Virus record (IMG/VR): IMGVR_UViG_3300030037_000009
Location: 1-46,273 of that record
Strand: one strand, 5' to 3'
From: a virus
Taxonomy: Duplodnaviria; Caudoviricetes
Length of the DNA: 46,273 nucleotides
Made by a program: the position numbers and the translations under genes. Of this stretch, positions 1-8,608 are shown in pieces (within the stretch, counting starts at the first letter, position 1; each line of letters opens with the position of its first letter). The notes under the pieces are model-generated. The model saw only the letters and a program-made list of their open reading frames with translations. It was not told the origin of the DNA and did no database searches.

Positions 1-114
1 CGCCACCTGATTCCATGCCAGAAATAGCCGCATCTGCCGCCGTTTGCCCAGCTTGTAAAACGCTAGATTTTTGCTTGGCTGCTAGTGCGGCCTTTTCTTG
101 CTTTGTCATGACTA
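1..114. repeat. Terminal overlap, copy 1 (circular assembly)
   Basis: Identical to 46160-46273 and lies inside a reading frame that continues across the junction. Confidence 0.97.
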
Positions 115-685
115 TATCCTGAGAGTCGATTGTGAAAAAACAGTGTGTGTCGTTGCTAATAATATCACTTGAATCTAAAACCGCAACTTGTGACCCCATT
201 CTACCGTCCTTAACGGACGCTATATGATTGCCTCGCGGGTTAATTTGGTCGTAATCGAACTTTTTGCCCATGTAGACGCCGGATTTCTCCACGTACTTGC
301 ACCCATAGCCAAGGCTTAATTCCTTCTTTCCTGACTCTACTAGCTTTGCTTGTGATTCAGAGTACAGCTTTAAATTGGCGTACAGGGTGTCGCCTTTAAA
401 ATAAACGTCCTCGCCCGTTGTTCCTTGGATACCCTTTTCTTCGGCTGGCGTGAACCCTACACCCCTATCCCCTAGCATGGTGTGATCGTCTATCCACGGT
501 ACAAGCTTGAATGAGTCTATAGCCTCCTTACTGCTTAGCTGTTCTTTGGAACGTCGAACCATGTAGATTTTGTTAGGATCTGGCGCGCCAATGCTTGAGC
601 CCAAATAGGGGAATACGCCAGCCTTTGAAATCGGGTTGTTCTTTATTTCTGGCCAACCGTTCGTGTCATAGGTGCGCTTAGTCAT
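1..685 (-). CDS. DUF2213-type prohead protease/scaffold, 5' part (continues into 46159-45564; 426 aa total)
   Basis: Hand translation from ATG 685: MTKRTYDTNGWPEIKNNPISKAGVFPYLG...KKELSLGY...NHIASVKDGRMG; in frame with the 45564..46268 ORF; between head morphogenesis and capsid genes. Confidence 0.9.
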   Translation of the reverse strand, partial: MTKRTYDTNGWPEIKNNPISKAGVFPYLGSSIGAPDPNKIYMVRRSKEQLSSKEAIDSFKLVPWIDDHTMLGDRGVGFTPAEEKGIQGTTGEDVYFKGDTLYANLKLYSESQAKLVESGKKELSLGYGCKYVEKSGVYMGKKFDYDQINPRGNHIASVKDGRMGSQVAVLDSSDIISNDTHCFFTIDSQDIVMTKQEKAALAAKQKSSVLQAGQTAADAAISGMESGG

Positions 686-780
686 CAGCAATACTTCTTC
701 TTAGGTGGAATGCATGGAACGGGCCTGTTTTCTGGTCGCTCAATCTTTATCGGCTTAGTGACGCAAACGTTTTTAGTCAT
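685..780 (-). CDS. 31-aa Pro/Lys/Cys-rich peptide MTKNVCVTKPIKIERPENRPVPCIPPKKKYC
   Basis: Exactly fills the gap, with TAATG overlap upstream and TGATG overlap downstream. Confidence 0.6.
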   Translation of the reverse strand: MTKNVCVTKPIKIERPENRPVPCIPPKKKYC

Positions 781-995
781 TATTCTGGCTCCTTTTCAAA
801 TTCTGGATACCACGCTCCTGGCCATTTGGTCATTTCAGAAGGTGCGGGGCAATCTAGATCAATAGGCCCTATATATGACAAAGGATCTGTGCAATTTTCT
901 AGAGCCTTATCTTTAGTTGAAAACACACCCATTACCTCAGTGAAAACGTTTTGGTCGTTTATCTTTTCCGCTACAGCCACAAAATACAATTTCAT
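780..995 (-). CDS. Hypothetical protein in head module (71 aa from MKLYF)
   Basis: ATG at 995 follows the stop of the head morphogenesis gene. Confidence 0.7.
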   Translation of the reverse strand: MKLYFVAVAEKINDQNVFTEVMGVFSTKDKALENCTDPLSYIGPIDLDCPAPSEMTKWPGAWYPEFEKEPE

Positions 996-999
996 ATCA

Positions 1000-1884
1000 T
1001 TATCCAAAAGTTGCAATAGGTTCCATAGTACATCGACAGTTAATAGCCTGCCCTGGTATTCCTCTCTCACCTGTTTTTAAATCAATCACGGGTAAGTCAT
1101 CAAGGCTATACGTTTGTCCATTCAGTACGTTTTGATGAAGATCACGGGGCGTTCTTCCACCTCCACTATGACGCCATATAAATTCAGAGAGCCCAGCCTT
1201 TTGCATTCGAGCTGCATTCAAATTGTTGTAGGCTTTTCGCGTCTGATCCTTGGCAATGTTAACGCCCCGGCCTATGGTTTTGTCTTTAATTTCATCAAGT
1301 ATAGCAAGATCTTGTAAACCGTTCCCCCCTGGTGATATAGAGCGCATCACTAAATCTTCTATCTGGTCGAAGTATTGCGAGTTAATCGACTTAATGAGGC
1401 TTACGTTACGCTTAACCGACGCTTGTAATATGTCGCCTACTTCCCCTGTAATGAAATCGGTTTTAACAGATAGGCCGCCAGATAGTTTCTCAATACTTGA
1501 TTGAAGCGCACTAGCTGAATGGCTATCAATGCGTTTAATCATCCGGTTTGTTACTTCCTTTGAATTCTTTTCAAAATACAAATCGAATCGCTTTCTGAGC
1601 TGGTCAAGAACCTTCCCGGCCAAAGACGATAAACTAGCGTCCTCTGCATAAAACTCCTTTGCCTGTTTGGATTTGAAAACGGCTGTTAATTCCCGTTTCG
1701 TAACTGACGCCATAGAGTTAATCATGATAACCAACTCTTTCTCATACTTGGCTTGAATGGGTATGCTGTAGGCTAGGCGCTCACCTTTGAGAACGACCTT
1801 GTTATTGATCGCTCTGCGTTCTACCCATGTCTTTCGTTTAGCTGATAACGGGGCCGGTCTACTTTTCCTTTTCTTGGTCGCCAT
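1000..1884 (-). CDS. Head morphogenesis protein (Mu F / SPP1 gp7 family)
   Basis: IAKDQTRK, WRHSGG..PRDLH, PGQAINCRC motifs; follows portal. Confidence 0.92.
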   Translation of the reverse strand: MATKKRKSRPAPLSAKRKTWVERRAINNKVVLKGERLAYSIPIQAKYEKELVIMINSMASVTKRELTAVFKSKQAKEFYAEDASLSSLAGKVLDQLRKRFDLYFEKNSKEVTNRMIKRIDSHSASALQSSIEKLSGGLSVKTDFITGEVGDILQASVKRNVSLIKSINSQYFDQIEDLVMRSISPGGNGLQDLAILDEIKDKTIGRGVNIAKDQTRKAYNNLNAARMQKAGLSEFIWRHSGGGRTPRDLHQNVLNGQTYSLDDLPVIDLKTGERGIPGQAINCRCTMEPIATFG

Positions 1885-3511
1885 TGTTACCCCCGTTTTC
1901 CGCGTTCATTGCGTCCTCTTTCTCTTTCTCCATGTCTTTGACTTCTGCGTCTGTGTATGGAGCCAAACCGTTGTAACCACTATGTTCATCGGCTATCAAT
2001 CTTTCTCTGACTTCAACGCCGTCTATCGCGCCCATCGTTGACAATGCGGTATCTGTTCGAGATTTCAGGTCGCCAATCTCTGCTAATTCTTTAGGTGTTG
2101 GTGACTTCATAGGCTCCCATGTGACATCGACCTCAAACGCACCATCGAATTCTGACTTGATAAGTAATTCATAATGACGCTCTAAAAACGGGTCGTAATC
2201 GTCTTCTTGGATTGCTTCTAATCGGTCGTACCAGCTATTTTCTTCAAACTCACCAGTTGCATTAAAACCTTTCGGGCTTGTTTCCAGAAGTTCCGTTGCT
2301 GGCATTTCTGCTATTGCTGCAACTAGCTGGTATTGGGTCATGATTACGTTATCGAGGTCCGCTAGTGACGTGTCAAACTGTTCGATAGTTTCATCAACAC
2401 CAACCACTTTTATTCCGAAGTTGTCGCGGTATCCTGCCCATGCTGCCATCTGTTCCTCAAACTTTTGAGGTTCCAAGGCCATTGATTCAAGGTCAAGGTG
2501 TAATACGGTTAAGCGCTTATCCATAGCCAGCAAAGGCGCTTCATTGGCTGTACGTTCTGCCGCATAGATACGTTCGTAGATTAACTGCGGTAATGGTAGC
2601 CCGCCGTATTGATAGGTGGGTTTTAATATATCTGGCACGTCTCCATTACGAACAATGATCAAGTGTGAATGGTGATATAGAACGTCGTTAACACGCCAGT
2701 ATGTAGGCTCATAGAATCCCATTGAGGCCGGATTGTTAACGGCTTCGGCGTCTAATTCTGGAACCATCCAATGCGGGTCAACCTGTGTCATGCCCTTGTA
2801 CGCGCCTTTCTTTATGCCATCAATGTTAAACGGTTGTTTGTACTGTTCCGGCCCCCATCCTTCAATCACAGGTATGGCGATACGAATACCGAACACCATT
2901 TTTTTAGAATTAAACTCAACAAGCTTTTTCTTGATCTTCATTCGCTTGTCAATTTTCTGGATTTCTTTTATTTTCTTGTCGTCTACTTCTGAACCATCGT
3001 TAACGGTTAGTTTCCAGCCCTTCTTAATGGCCTTTTGTGCTGGCTTAACACACGCCTTTTTAACTAGCCACTGTTGCGAGATAAGCGCACAAGCCTGATA
3101 ACCTATGAATGACTGTGAGATATACCAGCAAAGCAACTCATCTGACGCACCATAGGAGCTTATACGGTAGGCATTCTTTGAGCCTTCAAACTGTCCTTGT
3201 GCAACGCTATCCATTGCAAACTTAGGGCTTAGGCTGTGATTAACCTTTGGCATAACGGTAATGGCATTCTCAATTATCGCCGCTCTCTCTCGCTTCTGTG
3301 CAAGGTAGTGGGTGCTGAAATATGCCGCCGCTTCCTCTTTTTTCTTAACCTGCTCTACCGCTTTAGCAATTGGTTTTTTATTTCCAAATGCCTTGTAAAT
3401 TTTATACGACTCAACTGACAGCCTGTATATTTCAGAATCTTCAACGCGCTTTATGGCATTTCCTGTTATCGGCAAAGCCCTTGCTATGCTTAAAATATTC
3501 ATGTTATCCAA
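1859..3511 (-). CDS. Portal protein (DUF1073 type)
   Basis: FIGYQACA, FYEPTYWRVN, HHSHL, SPKGFNATGE; immediately after terL. Confidence 0.92.
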   Translation of the reverse strand: MDNMNILSIARALPITGNAIKRVEDSEIYRLSVESYKIYKAFGNKKPIAKAVEQVKKKEEAAAYFSTHYLAQKRERAAIIENAITVMPKVNHSLSPKFAMDSVAQGQFEGSKNAYRISSYGASDELLCWYISQSFIGYQACALISQQWLVKKACVKPAQKAIKKGWKLTVNDGSEVDDKKIKEIQKIDKRMKIKKKLVEFNSKKMVFGIRIAIPVIEGWGPEQYKQPFNIDGIKKGAYKGMTQVDPHWMVPELDAEAVNNPASMGFYEPTYWRVNDVLYHHSHLIIVRNGDVPDILKPTYQYGGLPLPQLIYERIYAAERTANEAPLLAMDKRLTVLHLDLESMALEPQKFEEQMAAWAGYRDNFGIKVVGVDETIEQFDTSLADLDNVIMTQYQLVAAIAEMPATELLETSPKGFNATGEFEENSWYDRLEAIQEDDYDPFLERHYELLIKSEFDGAFEVDVTWEPMKSPTPKELAEIGDLKSRTDTALSTMGAIDGVEVRERLIADEHSGYNGLAPYTDAEVKDMEKEKEDAMNAENGGNNGDQEKEK

Positions 3512-4964
3512 AAAACCCCTTTTTCTTGCGGTTGATAAGCTTAACCAGTGAATAGCGCAATGCGTCTATAGCATGGTTGTGTGCGTCGATTATATCAGGA
3601 AGTATTTCTTCTGTAAGTTTGTCCTGTTTGTACCAGTATAGTGAGCATTCGGACGCTGTATGCCTGCAACGGGTATGTATCACTATTCTTTCAAATGATC
3701 GTAGGTAAATGATACCCGTCTCAATAGAACCCTTTGCCCCTGTATCCTTGAAATTCTTTGCGGCTCCGCGGATTTTGAACCCATGGCTAGCTATCTTGCT
3801 GATAATTGCGGGTGCTGATTCATCGGCCCATATTAGGTGGTCTTTTGCCCCTGGAACACCTGGCCACTTCTTATCATCTAAGTGGGACCAGTTCTCTAAT
3901 TCTTCTGGTGTGGCACCTTCTTTGCCTGCGTAGAACTTTGGGTAGTCGTCCAGTTCAACGCCTTGCTGGTACGCCTCATACTCTATATACAGTACGTTAT
4001 CGTGTATCCATGACTTGAGCAGTGTTGCGGGATCTTGAGAAAATCCAAAGTCGGCACCAAAATAAGGACCGGCCCATTCCTCTTTAGGCTCGAAATCATC
4101 GACTACCCACTTGCCGCCCAATACCTGAATGTCAGACTTCTTGTTAAATAGCCCTTCCCATATCCAGTTGTAGCGGTCTATGTCCCTCTCTTTCATGGTT
4201 AGGCGTTGGCGGTCTAGTTTTGATGTAAACCAGGGATTGTCTCGCCAGTTGCAGTCAATGACTAGAATTGTGTCGTCTTCGTAAACCCCATCAACCATTT
4301 TAGAGATATACGGGGCAACAAATTCTGTCCATGTTGGGTCGGTATCGAAACGCGGGTTAAATGTTATGAATAGCTCTGAACCTTCCGCCCGTAGAGTGGG
4401 TATTAATACATCCCATGACATAAGGCTCACGTTCTCGGCTTCGTCACACCAGCCAGTGTTTAAGCCTGCCTTACCCTTAATACTTGCTAGGTTGCGAAGT
4501 AGACCGGCAAACCATGCCAAGCCCTTAGAAACTTTTGATTTGATGCGGTTATCTGTAATAACCATTTGACCGGGGGCAAGTCCGCGCCTATCTATTTCGT
4601 CGCTTAGTTCTTGATGACTTGATTCAGCTATAGAACTCTGTATTTCACGCATACAAAGGACGCGGTTGCCATGGTAGCGTATGCCCTCTGTAATGATTGA
4701 GGAAACCGTACGCGTCTTGCCTGACCCACGACCACCGTATATAACTTTAACGTCTTTAGGTGATAGTAATTTTTCGAGCTTCTCGGGAATCATTAGCGTG
4801 GCCTCAACATCAGCCAATACTAAATCACCCCCAATAATCCTTTTGCGTATTACTTTGCCGTCACTATCACAAATGCCAAAGACAGCCGGGTCACCTCTAA
4901 CTTCTTTCGTTAAATAGTGAACCTCTGCCTTTTTTAAAACGCCACGACTAGCGCGGCTAAGCAT
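3504..4964 (-). CDS. terL: Terminase large subunit (PBSX / Terminase_3 type)
   Basis: Walker A YGGRGSGKT, CMREIQSSIAES, Walker B WCDEAE, nuclease GADFGFSQDP, NHAIDALRY. Confidence 0.96.
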   Translation of the reverse strand: MLSRASRGVLKKAEVHYLTKEVRGDPAVFGICDSDGKVIRKRIIGGDLVLADVEATLMIPEKLEKLLSPKDVKVIYGGRGSGKTRTVSSIITEGIRYHGNRVLCMREIQSSIAESSHQELSDEIDRRGLAPGQMVITDNRIKSKVSKGLAWFAGLLRNLASIKGKAGLNTGWCDEAENVSLMSWDVLIPTLRAEGSELFITFNPRFDTDPTWTEFVAPYISKMVDGVYEDDTILVIDCNWRDNPWFTSKLDRQRLTMKERDIDRYNWIWEGLFNKKSDIQVLGGKWVVDDFEPKEEWAGPYFGADFGFSQDPATLLKSWIHDNVLYIEYEAYQQGVELDDYPKFYAGKEGATPEELENWSHLDDKKWPGVPGAKDHLIWADESAPAIISKIASHGFKIRGAAKNFKDTGAKGSIETGIIYLRSFERIVIHTRCRHTASECSLYWYKQDKLTEEILPDIIDAHNHAIDALRYSLVKLINRKKKGFFG

Positions 4965-5436
4965 CGTTCTTCATCGCCTTTTCGATTTCTTCAATCTTGG
5001 CCTTTAATTCAGTAACGTCCTGAATGTTCACGCCGACATTGATCACGTTTGCAAGCGTTGCCCCTATGTCTGGTGGAATGTCTCCCTCTGACACTGCAAG
5101 CATGATTGCATTGAACTTTTCTAAAGGCGTCCCGTTCTCTGGAAACTTGAAATATACCGGCGCATTAGTCGCTTTATCTTGCGGGTAGATGCGCTTTACC
5201 ATTTCATTGAAAAGAGTATTTTCGCCAATTCTAACCTGTGCGTAAGATTGCGCTACAAGTTCATCGGCAAATAATTCCTCGGCGTGATCTCTGTCCCTGA
5301 CTTTCACGCCTTCGTTTTCTTCGTGATCCTTTTCTAGTTTTCTTTGGATTGCTTCGAGTAAAAGAACGCGCTTGCCTCTACCTCTGCGCGTTCCTGGTTG
5401 ATTTTCTTCGCCAAAACTAGTGCTACTTTTCGCCAT
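4957..5436 (-). CDS. terS: Terminase small subunit
   Basis: N-terminal FGEENQPG..RGRGK, helical body, overlaps terL start. Confidence 0.75.
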   Translation of the reverse strand: MAKSSTSFGEENQPGTRRGRGKRVLLLEAIQRKLEKDHEENEGVKVRDRDHAEELFADELVAQSYAQVRIGENTLFNEMVKRIYPQDKATNAPVYFKFPENGTPLEKFNAIMLAVSEGDIPPDIGATLANVINVGVNIQDVTELKAKIEEIEKAMKNDA

Positions 5437-5465
5437 ACAACACCCGTATACAGCCCGTATTTCTA

Positions 5466-5912
5466 TTAGCCATAAAAGCTATCTCCCACCACAAAGTAAA
5501 CTGCATCACCCGGCCTTTCTATACCACCCTCAACATAAAGCCCCTGTACACGCCACACGCCAGCAATGAGAAAATCCAAGGCCGTTGTTATGAACTGCAT
5601 ATAGGTTCCTCCGCTTATTGTTGGTCTTGCGGGGTCGCCGGTAATTAAATCCGAATTCGGAGCCGTTATTCTTGAGCTATCAATATAAGCCACGTTCCCG
5701 AAAGGATCTGTTAATTTTAACGCAAGTAGCGTATTGCTGCTAAGAATATTTTCTGTTGCGTAAACAAAACTAAAACCGGGCTCTTGTGCCTTTAATGTTA
5801 ATGAGTCGTAAATTCTGCCGACAACAAAAAACAATGATTCTGCAACTGGAACAATTGCACCAGGAATAAACCCCCCTGATTCGGGGGATTCAAAGCTTCT
5901 ATTTAGGGCCAC
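5466..5912 (-). CDS. Small beta-rich protein (BppU-N/Ig-like), possible adaptor for the two large proteins
   Basis: LKLTDP...YMQFITTALDFLIAGVWRVQG...FVV pattern; 2 nt after the 897-aa gene. Confidence 0.5.
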   Translation of the reverse strand: MALNRSFESPESGGFIPGAIVPVAESLFFVVGRIYDSLTLKAQEPGFSFVYATENILSSNTLLALKLTDPFGNVAYIDSSRITAPNSDLITGDPARPTISGGTYMQFITTALDFLIAGVWRVQGLYVEGGIERPGDAVYFVVGDSFYG

Positions 5913-5914
5913 TG

Positions 5915-8608
5915 TTACACCTCTGTAATATTTATCGTTACATCTCTAAAGTAGTCAGTTTGGCCGTTAATTGCCGAACCATCTACGGATGCCACCATTG
6001 TATACGTTACGCCTACAGAAGCGCCAGGTGCGGAAACTTGTCCGGCTCCGTTTGTTATCACTAAGTTTTCACCAGAAGCAACGGGGACAATTGCAACTCC
6101 AGCCTTGTTTGAATCCTCAATATTAGAGGCAGTCAAATACCAGTTACTATACGTTCTAGTAGTTGCTGTTCCATCAGATTCTACAACACCAGATATATTT
6201 GCAACCTTTGTGCTAGTGGGTGCGCTAACAGTCCAACTGAAAGCATTAGAAGGTACGCCGCTGCCAGTATTCGAGGCATTGCCCGCACTTATAATTATTC
6301 CCTGTAGATCCATTACGCTGTTAAGCGTTCCCTGTATTCGCCCAGTGTTAGACAATGATAAGTCGATAGGCAAAGCGCCCGAAGTTACCGTGAAGCTTGT
6401 TGGGTTGTTTGACCACTGGTCAGAAATATCTATGTCAATAATCTGTCCTAAATCATTAACGCGGTTTACCAGATTACCAATAAATGCAGCCGGTTGTAAA
6501 ACTGCTGTTACCTCCCAGTTAAACGCATTTGAAACCGCGTCGCCTGCTGAATTTGTCGCCGTAATTATTACGCCTGTTCGCGTTTCTACGGTGTCCAGTG
6601 TTCCAGAAACAAGGCCGCTATTATCAAGGCTCAAATTAGAAGGAAGCTGTTCGGTAGTGACTGCGAAAAACTGCGGGTCATTTGACCATTGACTTGCAAT
6701 ATTCAGGTTGATTGCTGTTCCATCTGGATTAGATTGATTTGAAATGTTACCGATAAATACAGGGGGATTTGTTACCTGTCCTTGTCCTGTAGTTAACGTA
6801 TCAAGCGCTGACCCTAAATTACTGTTGGCTGACGGGTCGGCAATGACAACGTAAGTGTCGTAACGCTCACCAGGGGAAAGCCCTGTAACGGCAATTACTA
6901 GCCCCGTGCTTGCATCTGTTGGCATAACCGGAGACGCGAAAGCAGGGGCCGCACCACCTGAACCTGTTCCGTTAAATACTTCGGCGGCGCTGGGTGCTGC
7001 TGATCCATTTAATACAACAACGGACCTAGACGTTCCTGAGTCGTCAGAAGTATACGTAACTGTGAACCCGTTATCATTTATTGAACTCGTGGCCACTGGC
7101 ACCAAGAAATTAGGCGCTGTTGCATCACCTGACACGTTGAGCGTAACAGTTCCTTGGTTGGTGTCGTTTGTGCCTGGGTCGTAAACCTCCATAACCATTG
7201 TATAGACGCCAGTGTCACCAAATTGAGGCGTATATATTTCGTTTATATTGTCGGCGAGGTTTGCTGTGTAATCCATTACGCCTTTAGTTGGCGCTGTGAC
7301 TTCTCGAAATACAGCGTCATCGTTGGTGACGGTTACGCCTGCAAAAATTCCGTTATCGTCAACAAATCCGTAAGTCACTGGATAGTTAAACGAGGTTGTG
7401 AAATCGTTGTTTCTAGCCTTCTGTATTGTTCCATCACCAAGAACTACGCTGAATGTCTCTGTTCCTAAAGTATTCGTTAAACGTCGAATGTATTTAAGTG
7501 TCGCGCCTACTGCTGTGATATTTTCCAATAAATCAGAATGGTCTATCTCATTGATTGAAATTGCATTGATAGGGTTTGCATAGCTATCGAACACGATAGG
7601 AACGTCACGGGCCGTTTGTGCGATAGTAGCCCCGCCATTAATGCTAGTGAAGTTTGACGGGTTGGTAGATGTTGTTAGCTGATCCGATCCAATGTTATTA
7701 GACGTTGAGCCTACGCCAAACATGCTAGACGATTGCGACAACGTAACATCAAGACCGGCACGATTAATAAATTCAATTGCCCAGTTAGGAATGGTTACGC
7801 CGCTCGTGCCAAATCCGTCATTTGTTGCACAATATGAAAATGTACCAGTTCCGTTTGCGTATGCATCCTCGCCCGTTTTATCAATGGCAGAATCAACAAT
7901 GGTATAGGTTCCTGTCCCATCGTTACGCACGACAAAACGCCCGGTTTCCATAGTTGAGCGTCTGAACTCTGTGTTTGTGCCTGCAATATAATTGAAGTAT
8001 ACAAGAGAATGAACGCGCCCCAATATGCTGGAATCTTCAACAATGAAATCTAAATCTGTAGCGTCACTGGTACCATCAATTCTATAAACGTCTTTGTTTG
8101 ACGAATAGGTTGGATTGGTTTGAAGTATTGATTCGGTTATTTTTATGCTGGGCGCGCCCGGTCCCGATATTGTACTGCGAACATGAAAGGGGTAAGTTGC
8201 GCCCCCCCTTGGCACGTTGTAGTTAAATCTATGAAATTCTAAATCGGGGCAATTCCCAATTCGAAACGGCTTGTCAGTGTTGCCCATTTTCCAAGAATGC
8301 TTGGTAGGGTCTACTTGGGTCCATTGCGTCAAGTTCCCGACGAATCGTAATTTGCCAAGAATTATAGATCGCGTTAAACCAAGCTGTTCCATGTTCACTA
8401 TTAAATCGTTTAGCTCTTCATCCTCAAGACCCGCACAATTAAAAACAAGCCTGTCATTGGCCCCAATAATAAGCGTTGGCGAACCACCTGCAAGCTTTAA
8501 CGATTCAGCAACAAATGCAATTCGCATTGTCTCATAGGCATTTACGGCGCTCTGTCCGTCTCCATTACCTGACGCTGTGTTATTTACATATACCTCAAAA
8601 TCTGCCAT
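5915..8608 (-). CDS. 897-aa modular protein: pectin-lyase-like beta-helix + FN3-like + two putative Ig (He_PIG-like) domains
   Basis: VYVNNTASGNGDGQSAVNAY helix cap; GLSPGERYDTYVV; LPSNLSLDNSGLVSGT and LPIDLSLSNTGRIQGT repeats; no signal peptide. Confidence 0.8.
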   Translation of the reverse strand: MADFEVYVNNTASGNGDGQSAVNAYETMRIAFVAESLKLAGGSPTLIIGANDRLVFNCAGLEDEELNDLIVNMEQLGLTRSIILGKLRFVGNLTQWTQVDPTKHSWKMGNTDKPFRIGNCPDLEFHRFNYNVPRGGATYPFHVRSTISGPGAPSIKITESILQTNPTYSSNKDVYRIDGTSDATDLDFIVEDSSILGRVHSLVYFNYIAGTNTEFRRSTMETGRFVVRNDGTGTYTIVDSAIDKTGEDAYANGTGTFSYCATNDGFGTSGVTIPNWAIEFINRAGLDVTLSQSSSMFGVGSTSNNIGSDQLTTSTNPSNFTSINGGATIAQTARDVPIVFDSYANPINAISINEIDHSDLLENITAVGATLKYIRRLTNTLGTETFSVVLGDGTIQKARNNDFTTSFNYPVTYGFVDDNGIFAGVTVTNDDAVFREVTAPTKGVMDYTANLADNINEIYTPQFGDTGVYTMVMEVYDPGTNDTNQGTVTLNVSGDATAPNFLVPVATSSINDNGFTVTYTSDDSGTSRSVVVLNGSAAPSAAEVFNGTGSGGAAPAFASPVMPTDASTGLVIAVTGLSPGERYDTYVVIADPSANSNLGSALDTLTTGQGQVTNPPVFIGNISNQSNPDGTAINLNIASQWSNDPQFFAVTTEQLPSNLSLDNSGLVSGTLDTVETRTGVIITATNSAGDAVSNAFNWEVTAVLQPAAFIGNLVNRVNDLGQIIDIDISDQWSNNPTSFTVTSGALPIDLSLSNTGRIQGTLNSVMDLQGIIISAGNASNTGSGVPSNAFSWTVSAPTSTKVANISGVVESDGTATTRTYSNWYLTASNIEDSNKAGVAIVPVASGENLVITNGAGQVSAPGASVGVTYTMVASVDGSAINGQTDYFRDVTINITEV

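Noticed and set aside
1859-3511. DUF1073 protein as anti-CBASS Acb1
   Set aside because: Size, position after terL and motifs fit a portal; no paired HxT phosphoesterase motifs seen
3780-3960. Insertion in TerL nuclease domain as intein or intron
   Set aside because: Only ~25 aa, in frame, without intein C...HN ends or an endonuclease
6105-7907. Long plus-strand ORFs opposite structural genes (also 34019-45532)
   Set aside because: Antisense shadows of well-supported minus-strand genes; no RBS or recognisable motifs
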